A stretch of 64,000 nucleotides of DNA from Cycas panzhihuaensis. Lineage: Eukaryota; Plantae; Cycadophyta. This document shows, piece after piece, positions 13,118-29,224 of the stretch (position 1 is its first letter; each line of letters begins with the position of its first letter). The stretch spans positions 200,391,741 to 200,455,740 of the forward strand of contig CM041465.1 of the NCBI GenBank assembly GCA_023213395.1, written 5' to 3'. Below the pieces are notes generated by a model. That model was not told the DNA's origin and did not search any database. It worked only from the letters and a program-made list of their open reading frames with translations. The translations under genes and the position numbers were made by a program.

Positions 13118-14779
13118 AGAAAAGAAGATGATTTACAAATGCACGATCGTAAAGGTGATTGAAAGCTATAAATTATAAATACACAAATGAGCAATTTGAT
13201 TATAAATCAAAATGGTGATATAATGAAAACATATATCAATACAAATGATTGTAATTGCAAATAACATGCAACAATAAAATGATAGTTGTATACTCTACCA
13301 TGGGCGAACCATATTTAATAAATGGGCAACAAAAGCCATTACTCCACAGGCTGACTATTGAATATTCTTCATGCCAGGTAATTTTAATCAATATTAACAT
13401 GTTGAGGTGCCAAAAAAAATAGCTAAGAATGAAAATTCATACTGTGTGAGGAAATTACGGCTAGGGCAATTAAGTATATAGGTGACAATCATCACACAAG
13501 AGAAAATAATTGAGTCGCGGCTAGATGAATCAATAATACTACTATTAAAATAACACACAGGCTACAAGGTATAGCAAATATCACAAATACACAATGAATG
13601 AGCAACAATCAATGCAATTGGATTAAATCTTAAATCATCACATAGACTGCAAACTGTAGCATCAGTCGAATGAATAGATTTATCATACAGTTTTATAAAA
13701 ATCATCACAAGCGACCAAATAATTAACATAGACTATAGAGTGCAGTGTATAAAAATGGTAGCTAAACATATTATTCAAACCTTAAATGTCAGAAGGGTGA
13801 CTAATATTTTTTAAAGTATGGGCATACCTTATATTTTAACTATAATTTATTCATTTCACAACTTTGCGAGTTCTCTGCATTCTGCGATTGGCAATAGAAG
13901 ATTGGCAAATGGGTGTATGGATTCTTTCCATACACAAGTAGCTTCAAACACCTCTTAATTACTCAATACACATCAAATCGCCTCCATGTAATTCCAGGGC
14001 TTGACGAACTCACCTCCACACAATTCTAGGGCTTGGTAAACTCAATGGCATTATCAAACAAAAGAATGGGAATGAACAGCTCTACAAAGCCATCTCCTCA
14101 TATGCCAATATAATTAGGGTTTCACCAACCAATCTGATAGATCTCTCTCAACCTTGCTCTAATACCATATTTCATCTTGAGAAACTAACTTGCATAAGAA
14201 ATAATATTCATAAATAGAAACAAACCACCTCAAGATCAAATGGTACCCTTAAGGTACCTCAAATTATATTAACACCAATAAAACATATTTACAATAAATA
14301 ATTCATATGATATACTATATGTGTATTTATAATATATGATATGATATTGTATATGGTACTTACTTGCATGTGGGACATAACAAATGTGCATTACTAATAT
14401 TTCAATAATTTTCCCCTAGGGAGGATACCCACACCCTTATCATTCCACTAATTATCCCCCTATTTTCTTTGGGGCATTTGTGGGTGCATAACCCACTTTT
14501 CCTCAGCATCCAAGAGGTGGGCCAAGGCACCCTTGGCCACCTCCTCATGTATCCTATCCTTATGGGGGACCACTTGCCCCCCACCTCAATCAGCTATGAG
14601 GGCCCCATATGCCCCTCCCTCTTATTTGTTTTACTATCAAGGTCATGCACCATATGTGCCTTTAGTTTATTCACCTTATAATATTAGTGGGAACCCTTAT
14701 GTGGCACCTGCTTATACCCCTACTAATCCATTAGCCTAATGGGGGTATGCCCATTTATTGATTATAGGTCAATCCCCTT

Positions 14780-15330
14780 TTAGTTAAGGCTTTACAATCT
14801 GATTTACCTCCACATCTCCATAAAGTGCCCAAATTTGATGGCACTTCTTCCTAAGACCCAATCAATCATGTTAGGGTATTTACCATGGCATGCATTAATT
14901 ATTAGGCATATGACCATATAATAATGAAATTATTCCCTAAGTCACTTCAAGGAGATGCCCTAAAGTGGTTTTACAATCTCCCTACCCACTCGATATCCAA
15001 TTTTCATCAATTAGTTGACATCTTCTTCAACTATTTTGATGTAGCTCAACCTTTTAAAAGTGGAGTCAAGGCCTTGCTTTTGCTAAAGAAAGGCCATGAA
15101 GAATTGAACCATGACTTTGTGTGCTAGTTCCATAATCTTCTTTGTTCTTCCAAGGCCACATTATCAAAAAAATTAAAGAGATATTTTTTTGTAAATGCAT
15201 TATACCCTAAAATGTATACCAAGGTCCTCAAGATGGGGGCAATGACATGCGAATCTTCCATAGCTAAATGCTTTGCACTAGAATCTATTGAGATTTAAGC
15301 CGATCTCAAGAAGATTCTTAATAACTTATA
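14780..15330 (+). pseudogene. G1 gypsy gag core remnant
   Basis: PKFDGTSS*DPINHVRVF...KLFPKSLQGDALKWFYNLPTHSISNFHQLVDIF; homologous to G2 gag. Confidence 0.85.
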
Positions 15331-16229
15331 ACACTATAAGGCACCACTTCCTCCACCTAACAATAAGGTCTAGTAGCAACAAAAAGTATCCAAGCCTTCT
15401 ATTGGTTCAACTGATAAGATCTTGGATCCCTTAACTTCAATTATTTACTCATTTGAGCGAATGATATGTGTTTTAAAGTTGCAACCCTCCTAATCTTTGC
15501 AAGATCCATATCAAACCTAACTTGGATATAGGTAGGTATGCCAAGCTACCTAAACTTTACCTCTTAAAAACAAGGGCACCCAATCACCTCAAGAGAAGAG
15601 GACATAACTTAGTCCTAAAAAGAAATGATGCTCAGTCTATGGAAAATACACCCATAATGACTTGAGGTATTGGACTCAACACCTCAAGCTTGAATTGCCA
15701 TGTGATTCCCCACCTTAACATGCCTTAAAACTATACTTGGAATAACTCGTACACCAAGACCCTTTCCCTAATGATGAGGAATAGGATCAAGGCATTCAGC
15801 AACAAAATAGGTGGACTAGGAATATATGAAGATCTCAACCCCCTCCCACCAACCAATCAAAGGGAAAGGGGCCCATTGATTTCTTATCACCCTTGAGTCT
15901 TCTGGATCAAGATACAACCTCCTCTCAACTTAAAATGAAGGGTAATAGGATTATTCAATTACTTGGGACAACTTAGGTTTGTCCTTTTATAAGGTCTTAA
16001 GCCACCAAGGAGGCTAGTAAAGCCTCCAATTTGCAACAACTACCCCTTAGGGATCCTTCCCCCACAAAGATCTCCATTGTCCCTAAGTCTATTAGTATTC
16101 ACCTAGGGTAATATGATTTTAGGAGGGTTATTCCCTAACCCATAGGGAAAGGAAAGGTTTTCTCCATTATAGAAGAGCTCTGCATTGTGTTCATAGGTAT
16201 GTCCATGATGGACATCTTACAGAGTTACC

Positions 16230-16730
16230 TTGAGCAATGAACTCTATTCCTTAGGACTCTTGGCTAAAAGGAGGACCTTATTTATTCAATGGGCTACCAC
16301 ATCATCTGGCCCACCCATTATTTTTTTTTTTCAAAAGGATCTACCACACCCTAGTGAGAGGGAGTGCGATTGGCATTACACTTTCACTATTACCATTGAT
16401 ACCCTTGAATTAATATTGAAGAAGATAATTATGGACAATGGCTCCTCAGTCAATGCCATGATAGTTTGTATGATTAAGAAATTGGGCATCGAAGCTCGTA
16501 AGTCTATCTCTTGGAAGTTCCAAGAGTATGATGGGAGTGAGAAGGTGCCTTTAGGGACTATGACCCTACCTCTTACTCTTAAAGACAAGATTGTCTCCAC
16601 CGAGATCATTGTCCTAGATATAGATGTGGATTATAATCTACTCCTTAGATGACCTTGGTTAGATTGCATGGGGATAGTTTATTCTTCCTTATGGGGGCAA
16701 CTCAAATTTATCCACAAGGGACAAGTGAAA
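16230..16730 (+). pseudogene. G1 aspartic protease remnant
   Basis: IIMDNGSSVNAM ... DYNLLLR*PWL (DxGS active site and LLGRPWL-like motif). Confidence 0.85.
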
Positions 16731-17708
16731 GTTGTGGCTCATGATCTTCCTCTTTCATACACATCAGTGCCCACCTACCAAGCTATCTTTAATGCAAAGG
16801 ATGGTGATCCTGATGAGTTGCATCCTTCCCTTGAGGCCTTATTCCAAGGCTCTAATTTCCACCATGATGATAAACCACCTTCATCTAGCCCTAGTTTAGT
16901 TTGCTTTGCTCCTATCAATATATGCAACTATAGTTACCTAGTTGTCCTCAAACATCCTGAGTTTGATGTCCTCTATGCCATGTAGCTCTTATTTCTCCTA
17001 TGCCTAGAAAGCCATCCTATAAGGAGACTTCCCCTCCTTTTGGTCCTTTTTTAAGGGCTCATGATCTTATTCTCAAGCTGTTAGATCAAAGTTAGCCTCC
17101 ACTCTCAACCTTTATCTGGGCAATGATTCAAGGAAACACCCCTCAACACGTTGCTCATATGAGCACTACCCTTTCTTGGTCTAGGTCCTCATCTAGTGCC
17201 ATGACCCACCAACCCTCATACCACAAGCCCTAAGTAAGGTTTGGTGTATGTTAGGTTCCCTACATCTCATCACCCTATAGTTTGGTTTTGACTAACCTTT
17301 TCCTGCCCATAACTTAAATGACCAGTCTAAGTCACCATTATCTCGTGATGGATACATTACCCATGGTTCATCCATCTCTATTCATATCCATGTATCAGAG
17401 TGTGATCTATGCTCTCTTGCCCCCTTACATCATTTTGGGCACATCCTATTTGGACCTATTTGATACTTTTAATAGCTCTTTTTTGCCTTCATTGGGGGCA
17501 TGCATGCTCTAAAATGAGCCTAAAGTACCTTCGTTTATGGGATTTGTTGCCCCTAAAAGGGGCACCTCCCCATATTGTGTGCATTACCTTATCTCAATCC
17601 TTGGCCATAGACTAGATCCCATCCCATGAGGGCATTATACTCTATCATGAGTATAAACTATCACATGTAAATATTATTGACAAAATTAAATCTCTCTCTC
17701 TCTCTTGC

Positions 17709-19737
<2,029 letters not shown>

Positions 19738-20973
19738 ACAAAATAAAACAAATGTTTATTTGCTTTTATGCTCTCCCACCCTATGGGTGTGATTTCCTCT
19801 TTATGCCCATGATGGTGTCTTATGCTCTATGATAAGCCTCATCCCCTCCCCAATGGACATTCCCCATGGGGGTATGGGACTCCTCCATGAGTATAAATTA
19901 TAGTATTAGTTGCTTACCTCATCCCCTATTAGTGTTTATAGTCCATGAGACTAATTTTCCATCCTAATTACTGATTTAATGCCCACATAGGCCCTCTGTG
20001 TGTCAGAGACCAATTAACCCCTCATTTCTTATTATTTTTACCATTGTTACTAGTTATTTCCTATGCCCAATTTGTGTCTACAACTCAGCTTTCTGGTAGC
20101 TTCTTAGCCTCTTTGACTACATCATCAATATTTTGGTCCACTTATACTACTCCCTTTGTCTATCTCACTGAGTTTTTAGGAACTTTTAGCTCCCTTTTAT
20201 TAGCACATTCTCCAATTGAATCAAGTGTTGTTTCCATTTGTTAGTATATCATCCTTTCATCTTGGCTTCACTTGAGTATGGGTTAGTTATACTTCTGGTT
20301 CAAGATAATGGCACCTTTGTTGGTTTCTCTTTAACCTCACTCCATGCATGTCCTATTGTTGACACTCAAGATTGTCACATGACTTGCTCCTTGAATCCTA
20401 CGGTTCAACCTTGCCACTAGGTGTCCATGGCTTTATGTCATCTATGTTAAATTTTTTCTATTATAATAACTCTTTTAGTTTCTTCATGGTAACTTGCGTC
20501 CACACCTACTCATACTACTTAGGTGTTTATAGTTATATCTCTCAAATCTATCAAAAGAAAATAAAGAAAGAGAAGAGCATATAGAAGACACAAAAAATAT
20601 TAAGTATGCTTTTAAGGAGGGATAATTAACACCACCTTCTTGGTACCTAAGGCAAGTTGTGCGATGGCCTCATCCCTACCTATGATTCATAGTTTGGGTC
20701 TAGATTGTGTGGGCTATTTTGTGTCTTTCAGATTGAGTTACTTGGACCCACTATAGTTTCGATCATGATTAAAAACCACTTAGCAAGGCTTCTATTCCAT
20801 GTGGACTTTTGAGGAGTTTTGTGATCCTAGCTTTGTGTCACTCCTTAAGACTAATATCTATTATCATTTTAGTTAGATTTATGTGTATGTCTAAGCACCT
20901 CTTATCATTTGTTGATTTTTTCTATTTCCATATTATTCAGTGATTTCATCCTGAGTTATCATTGTGTATCCCC

Positions 20974-21370
20974 ATGGCATTGATCATCCACATTGATGAG
21001 GGTAGTCATAGGAATTTGAGGTCTTCCACTATTGCTTGGGTCATTCAAAATCACCTTGGACATACCTTCATCTACTTTGGGGTTTACCTACCTAAGGCCA
21101 CTAATAATGAAGTTAAGTATACTACTATCATAGAGGCTCTCATTAATGTACTCTACTTCCATTGTGGCCCTATCATTTTATATTGTGACTCTTGAATAGT
21201 TGTCTTCTAACTCACTAAGGTCTGTCTTACCCTCTACCCATGATTGAGATCCTTGGCCATGATTTCTAGATCCCTATTGGCCCAGTTTGCTTCAATCAAT
21301 ATCCACCGTATTCCTCATAGAATAAATACCAAAGTGGATAGGTTAGTTAATTTCATTTTCAAATGTCATT
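20974..21370 (+). pseudogene. G1 additional RNase HI domain (aRH) in the 3' region
   Basis: IHIDEGSHRN..ATNNEVKY..LYCDS*IVV..HRIPHRINTKVDRLVN corresponds to the RNase HI pattern DG.SRGN / TNN.AEY / DS.LV / H..R..N..AD.L. Confidence 0.8.
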
Positions 21371-22275
21371 TTCCATTGGTGGATGATTCTCTTTTGGCCT
21401 AACAAGCCACCCATTGAGGCATATATCTAGGGGGCAATCCCCCCTAGCCTCACCTTTGAGGGGCATCCACTAATGAAATAAAACTATGGTGGCAACCCTA
21501 ATATTACATAGTCCTTGTTGGACTAAAGCTTCCCAAGTGCTCCAATAAGAGCTTAAACTACCACTATACTCTGAAATGAAGGTAAACTAACATGTATATT
21601 TGTTCATATTAGATTTGCTTAATTGTTTGTTTTCTTTTATATAAGCCTTAAAAAAAAAATCCCTAAAAAAAAAATCAATTGTAAAACCAACAAAATGATA
21701 AAATGTCATAAAATAATAAAAAATCCAAAAAAATATAAAATAACAAAATACAAAAAGAAAATAAGAAAAAAGAAAAAAGAAAAAACTAAAAACCTCTAAA
21801 AGATGGTGGTTAATAAGGTAAAACTATGGTGACCATCCTAGACTCATTGAGCCTCTCTTCCCCTTAGATATTTGAGGCATCACTCCATATATTCAAGGGG
21901 ATTTAGGATTTTAAGCCCTCTATTTTGGGCCATACTACTTAATTTATCTTGCATTGGGGGCAATCCCTCATCGTTTGATGCTTTCCACTTATATATGATA
22001 AGGTTTCATAGCCATTGGCCTTAGGGATTAATATAATCATTGATTCATCATCCCTCTTAACTTGTACATCCATACCTTAGGTTCCCTATAGGGCTAAACT
22101 AAGGGTAACCCACCATTGATTTTTTGCTAATAAGGTACCACTATGGTAGCCACCATCCCACGTGATTTGTATGCATTTTATTTGTATTATCTCTTTTGCA
22201 TTTCATGTTATTTATATTGGTAGCATTTACCATCTTTTAGCTTAGATCAAAGAGGCTCTACTTCTAAGGGGGTAA

Positions 22276-24302
22276 TATTTCCCAACTTCCAGGAATGGGA
22301 TATGGACAATCAATAAAGCAAGGTAAGTATAGTTGCATTTCTATTCCTTTTTACTCTTTGTTTGATTTACATTTAAGATATTGAGATGGGTATATACTTA
22401 TACATATACTCATTGGTTTGTTTATATCCCACCTTACATGCCAATGATGATCAGGACATAAGTCCATGGCTCTGTCATCGACTCTTTGGTCTTTTTGGGT
22501 TGGAAAAGGAGCCTACTTTTATTCTATAACTCATTTCCCCCTTTATTGTTTCTTAATTCTTAGCTTTTTGGCCTCAATTTTACATTCCTACCACTTGTTT
22601 TGATTGATGGAGGCTTCAAGAATCGATTGCTAGTTAGTTTGTGCAATTTTATAAAGTTTTTATTATTCAAAACTAACTTTGTTTCTGTACCATAAATTTT
22701 TCTACTGTACCATAGACTTTTCTACTATACCACAAATTTATTTATGGCACCATAGATATATTCATGGTACTGTAGATATATTTGTAGTACCACAAATATA
22801 TTTATGGTACAATTATCAATAACCCAGATTCAGGTTTACTAGTGATAATTAGCTCTTAATTACTTGTTTATCATACTTGATGTATTATATCCACCCTAAT
22901 TAGGTTGTATCCCTTTTGATAGGCTAAATAATCTGCAATCAACTTAATTTTTTCTTGCTTCTATACTTGTTTTGCTCCTTCGTATGCTTAGTTGTTTAAA
23001 CCATGAGTAAGTCTCATGGTTTTGGAGGTGGTGGATTTTCCTACATTGTGGGTTAAAAACCACCATCCTATGGCCTCATTACTCTCTATAAATCTCCCCA
23101 TTTTCTAAATGAGAATGTAAGATCTTTGAGACTTAGAGAAATATACCATTATGCTATTAGATTTTTTCCATATATACGGGATTTGGGAGCTAGCATTAAG
23201 ATATATGTTATGAGAATATAAGAAAGCCTTGACAAATTGTTGAGGAGCCCTTAAAGAAGAAAGTTATAGTAGCCATTGGCCTCCTTTCTTCTAAAGTAAA
23301 GGCATATCCCTCCTCCCTTTGTTAGATGTGGTTTTCCTCTCATTTGTTTCATCCACTCTATGTTACATGCATGTTGTTTTATGGTTATATGCTTGAGATC
23401 TCTTGAAAGTCTCTCTTCCTTTTACTTGATCAAATTGTGTCCCATTTTTTCCTTTGTTCTTGTTGTTGATTAACCTCTTCCAATAAGCTATAGGATTTCT
23501 TAGGAGGTTTCCTTAGTACACTTTGGGAAATTGTTTATATTTGGGGGATTGTTTCCATCTAGAGGCATTCCTCTACCTATCATATTACATTCACTTTAGT
23601 CTATAGATTTAAAATCCTTCATGAGCAAAGTTTTTTTAATCTTATTTTATAAATTGGATGCAAGTTTAAAATGTTGGTTATCATTTCATAGCTATCTTTC
23701 TTTGATTTTCCACTAACTTGTATGCAAGGGAGGGAAAACATAACTTTCAAGGCCCTTAACCTAGCACGTTTGCTTGAGAGGAGCTACAATCAAAACCAAC
23801 ATCAACTATATGTTACGAAGGTAAGTTATAATTTCACTTGATTGTAATTTTTTTAAAATTTGGTGATTTTGCATTCTCTTTTTTCATCATAAGAAAGGTT
23901 CAGCAAGTAAAAACATTACCAAAATTGTTTTGTAGGCAAAAAGGTATTAGATCATTTGATCTACACATCATGGAGATCGTTACAAATTCATAAGCAAAAA
24001 GGCCAAACTTCTCCAAATACCTAAAATTTGGGTACATACTTCCACCCTATTCCCTTTCTTGCATTGTTTGCTTCTTTTTCTTGTTTAAAAGAAAAATACA
24101 AAAGAAAGAAAGAAAGAAAGACAAAAATGAAAAAGAGATTAGTACATGAAAAGGGGTGGTGAAAAGAGAAGTGATAGTTTACTTATTTCTATGGGTTTTA
24201 TTGTCCCCCCTAATTTCTTTTCCTCTTCTTTTTCCTAAGATACATTTTAAAAAAAAAAGAAAAAAGAAAAAGTGAAAGAGAGAGAAAGTATGAAGAAAAA
24301 AG

Positions 24303-24343
<41 letters not shown>

Positions 24344-24958
24344 TGATTCATCCATTTCCTTTTTTTTTCTTTCTTTCACTTTCTCCACCTCCATTCCAAA
24401 AGGAAAACAAAAGAAATGGAAAATGAAAAAGATAAAAGATCTTGTTTTATTCTCTTTTATTGCATTTTTTCACTACATACTTACATTGCATTAACTCCTC
24501 TATAACAAAAAAAAAAAAGAAAGTGAAAAATAAATAGCTTAGTCCTTGCATTGAATTTTTTAAAATCCTAAGCAAAGGAAGGGATCACATAGTTGTGAGT
24601 CCTCAAACTCATGGGGTGACATCACATTCTTTAGCTGGGGTTGCACCTTACATTCAAGAAAATAGAGAAACACATAAGTACATGTGGATATAAATCTCAC
24701 TTCCTTTAGCTTACCATAGGCCCACGCCTTCAGAAACTAGAATTATTTATATACACACACAAAAACTTAGGTTGCCCTAGTTTAGCCACTCTTATATCAC
24801 TTAGAAATATGATGCATCTTGAACCAGTATCTAAGAGGTGCACGAGAACCTTAAGTTAAGCTTAGGTTTGTCTTTGCTCCTTGTACTTATCATCTATACC
24901 CTAAGCTTGTCTTGTTAGGTTAGTTATTTACATTTCACCCTTGCTCTCATGTATTTCA
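22276..24958 (+). repeat. G1 3' LTR
   Basis: Starts TATTTCCC (TG>TA) after the PPT; colinear with 865-3549. Confidence 0.9.
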
Positions 24959-25276
24959 GTTTACTAGTCCACAACATCGACTAATAAGGGTTCTCTTATA
25001 AGTGGTGAGATGTAGTATAAGTATATACATCATTCTTCATTCTAATTTGAGGTTTGACCATTCTTTCATTTGTTTATGTTAACTTGTATATGCTTAATCT
25101 CTTTTATGTCTTATTACTTTATCATTCACTCACCACATATTTATCTTTCATTATTCATAGAAAATTCCTTTTTTAACTTGGTATCATAGCTCCATGTTCA
25201 ATTTTCAACATGGTATCAAAGCTATCGTCTTATTTTCCAGCATGGTATTAGATCTAGTATGCTCATTTTTCTAATA
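24959..25276 (+). repeat. Remainder of C0 3' LTR, ending in three 32-bp units each containing a Met-PBS-like motif
   Basis: TGGTATCATAGC (25179), TGGTATCAAAGC (25211), TGGTATTAGATC (25243); then ...TTTTCTAATA abutting the C2 integrase sequence. Confidence 0.6.
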
Positions 25277-27011
25277 GATTTCAATTCAATGGCATGCTTA
25301 AATTCTCTAAATTTTTTTAATGCTTTTGATTTATACTTCAAGAAATAAATTTAAACTTTTCTAGAATAATTATTAATAAATATAATAAAATATTGATAAC
25401 CACTAAAAGATGCTTATGACATGGGTCCATAAATATCAAAATGCACTAGACCCAAAGGTTCCTTAGCACACTAGGTTCTTCCATCTTACCTAAATAGAGC
25501 CCAATGATATTTACCCATAACACAAGCCTCATAAATATATTTTGTTTACTTTATATTTGCTATCCCATATACCATATTCAATTTGCAAAGTAGATGAAGG
25601 TTGTTCATATTCAAAGGACCTAGGCATTGATGCCATAGTTGTTCTTTTGAGAGTCTTTGTGAAATAAGTGCTTTTGGAGTAGTTTGTTCACCTATATTTG
25701 AAGTAGAAGTAGAAGTATCTAAAGTGGAAGTGTCATGCCTAGTACATAAAAGACATTGTTGAGATGATGTAAAATGTCAGAATTCTTCAAAGATATAAGA
25801 AAATTGTTATATTAGTAACCTCTAAAATGGTATCATCCCTAAAAGCAACGAATTGGTCCTATACTAGCCTTGTTTCTATAAGGAGTTCTTTAAAACCTAT
25901 CATGTGCCAAGAGGCTCCTAAATCTATCAGATAAGATTTATTAGAATGTTGAGTTGTTGATGCAACAAAGTAAAGGTTTTATGAATTAGCCATATAGTCA
26001 TCTTTATTCTAATTTTGTCTCTCATTGCAATTTCTATTTTGTTAGTTACCTTAAGGAGCATTTTGATTTTGTCTTCTAGGTCCTTAATAGTCATATTAGT
26101 TTTGCCTTTGTAGTCCTTTATAATTACCACATCGATAAATTTAAATGTCTTACATGGAAAGAAGTTTTAAAATTATTGTTATTATAGATCAACTTTCTTT
26201 TTCCTATAATTAGGTGTAATATGTCCAAGTTTGCCACAATAGTAACAAACAACCTAAGTAGTATATTATGGTTTTGTTGATATTGTTAATAGGGTTATTA
26301 GTTTAAATTCATTAAACTAAATTACTAAGTTAAGTATGGACGTTATTGACTTCCTCTATGATGTGCTATAAAATTTAGAGTGGAAGAGGAGGCATTTGAA
26401 TTTCCCAAACTATTTAGGATGTATTCATCTTGAAGTAGCAGACCCTCAAATGTATTAAAGTCAAGTGTGGCAAGATGATCTGTGTGAGGTATATTGGATA
26501 TGAGGGAATTATATCTAGTTGGAAAAGCATTGACTATAGAGAATATGAGATCACTATCATTTAGAGGTTAACTAATAATAATTAACTAGTTCTTAATAAA
26601 TTTGATCTATGTCAAATGGGTTATAATAGGTCTAGCGAATAAAATGGAATAGAGTTAGGCTTTAAGCATAACAACTCTTGCATTATCTTTACTCTCATAA
26701 AGTGCACAGATGATATTCTAAGCAACAACAAAAGAAGATGCAAGCTAAATATTTTATTCAACATTATCTTCACAAGATAAGTATAATAAGGAAAAGGCAA
26801 CTTTATTAAAATATTTAAAAGTAGCAATAATATCAGGATCAACAGGAATGATAACATCAGGATCATTAGGATCTTGAATGTCTTTAGGCATGGGAATTTC
26901 CCTTGAAACATAAATCCATAGTTTATTCATTATTAATATATTCTTGACTTGTTTCTTCCAAGCTAAGAAATTATCACTGCCAGATAGTTTAATTATGTTG
27001 GTTACGACCAT
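25277..27011 (-). pseudogene. C2 gag-protease-integrase (N-terminal part), decayed
   Basis: KLSGSDNFLAWKKQVKNIL; CYYCGKLGH (~26220-26250); IDLGASWHM (~25900-25927); LWHQCLG (~25620-25640); LVHFDIYGP (~25425-25450). Confidence 0.85.
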
Positions 27012-29224
27012 TTAAAATTCTATTATGTCTAAGGTATGTATCCTATCTACTTAGAAAAGGTATGTTAATCTACCATCTATGTCTTTATGTCTCTTTTTCT
27101 AATAGCCCCTTGTAGTTGAGATGGTCCTATCTGATGGCATATTTACTCATAAGTGGCAACTAGGGGACCCAATATACCTAAAGGTATGTGGGCACTACAA
27201 AAGGATTAACTTCACCCCAACATTGTTGACCCACCTACATCAAATTTATAGCTTGAATGACAAATCCTTATCTAAGGGCATACTTAACAACTAAGGCACT
27301 CACCCTCTTTAAGTCTAGCATAGTCTCTAAACTCTAAGGTTATGGTATAACACCTCAACCTACCACTCAATACACTTAATAACTAATATCTTTCCCTATC
27401 ATACATAGAGTTAAAGAAACCTCACTAGTATGTGAGGAGTGGTGACTTTGAGGGTCCTAATCATTTCCATTAAAAGGCTGGTAATAGGATTATTTAATTA
27501 GGTATTATCATTTTAATGTTTAGTTTTTAAAAAGTTTGTGATTAAAATATTAATTTTTTTATTTTTTAGGCAGTATTATATGAAATAAAAAAGATCCCCT
27601 TAAGAAACTAAAGAACTACCTAAAATTAACTAAAAATATTCTTAAAAAACTAAAAATTACTTAAAAATAATATAAATGTAAAACTTTAGGTTATGGTCTT
27701 AAATAAAAAATGAAATATTCTAAGTATATTCTAAAAATTATAACCTAAAGTTTTTTAACTATATAAAAAATAAAAAAGCCAAATGTGGGATTTTAAAAAT
27801 AGGGCGATCAATGGAAGATGTAAGGATAAATTTCTCTTCAAATAAGTTACAGAATCTTAGTCTAACACTTTTTTTGAGGTAGGGACACTATGAGGAACCC
27901 AATGAGTGGCCATGTCATATAGTTCTATCAACTGTGTATTGAGTGGCAACGAGATAAACCTAGCAAAGTCACCCAAATCCTCTCTACAATCTAATTAATT
28001 AATTTACATAGAAAATTCCTTTGTCTGAGTATTAATCAAAGGTCATTAATCATTGCCAATGACTATTACTAATAGATTATGTTTTGTTATCCTAATTTCA
28101 TATGGTCTAGTTGACTGGTTATAGTTCATTGTAGCCTCAATGTTATTTAATCGTGTTGCCTAATGCTTGGCATTCATAACTATGGAGATCCTATTCAAAT
28201 GCGTCGTATGATGCTTGATGTTCATAATGATGGAGACCCTAGTTGTAGCTAAAAAAAGGTATATGTAACTATGCCATTTTTGAGATCTAAAATTTGGAAG
28301 GAACAATAGCACATTTATCCAGTTTGTTTTATCTAATAAAGATTCCATTCATACTACAAAAACTTCACCTTAATGGTTTCAATTGTAAGATATTGTTTAT
28401 AATTCTATTTTATGGGGATCTATAGCCATGGAGAGGATAAGGTGAGTTACCAATAAACCAAAAAAAAAAAATTAACATGGGGATTTGTAGTCGTGGAGAT
28501 GGTGAAATATCTATCTATGTGAAGATAATAGGAAGAAACCTTAAAGAAAGAAATGAGAGGTTGTCCTATAGACTCTTAATTGATCATGTGGAGGAGTTGT
28601 TTCTTGTAGTTTACATGCCAACTATTGGTGAAACTTACTAAAAGTATAGGCCTATTTTTAGGCATCCATAGGGCTTTATATTAGCTTGAAAAAGTATAGG
28701 AAGATCCTTGAAGTTTTCAAGAAATTATTGGGAAACAAGCTCTGATACCAAAATGAAGAAGAGGGGAATTAGTCCCAATCACCAATCCATGATCAAGTCA
28801 CATAAGCTACATATATCATATTCACATAACATGTAAAAGAGAACAAAGTGAGAAGATTGAATTTGTCAGATCTCTAAAGTAAAAGTTCACTTTATTAATC
28901 ACATAACAATATTATAATGCATCAATATTGAGCCTTATATATATTTCAATTTATAATTATGAGAGATGTTTTATGAATATTAATGGTTAATCATGCAAGG
29001 TGACATTTGGCACCTTATATGATTAGCTTATGTTAATGTTATAATGCATTATGAGCACAATAGTCCCCATAAATTTGGGCTCACAACTTTAAGTCATAAC
29101 ACATCTGTAAAACTAATACCTATATAATGCACTAATATACTAGCATGACTTTGATATTACAAATATACATTACATTATAAAAGATCAATGAGAATTAGTG
29201 AAATCAATATTAATTCTTCTATCA
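25277..29224 (-). mobile_element. C2: 5' half of a Ty1/copia element (LTR 28754-29224, PBS 28739-28750, ~1.7 kb leader, gag-PR-start of INT)
   Basis: Perfect minus-strand PBS TGGTATCAGAGC; LTR TGATAG...TTCA; coding remnants listed below. Confidence 0.8.
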
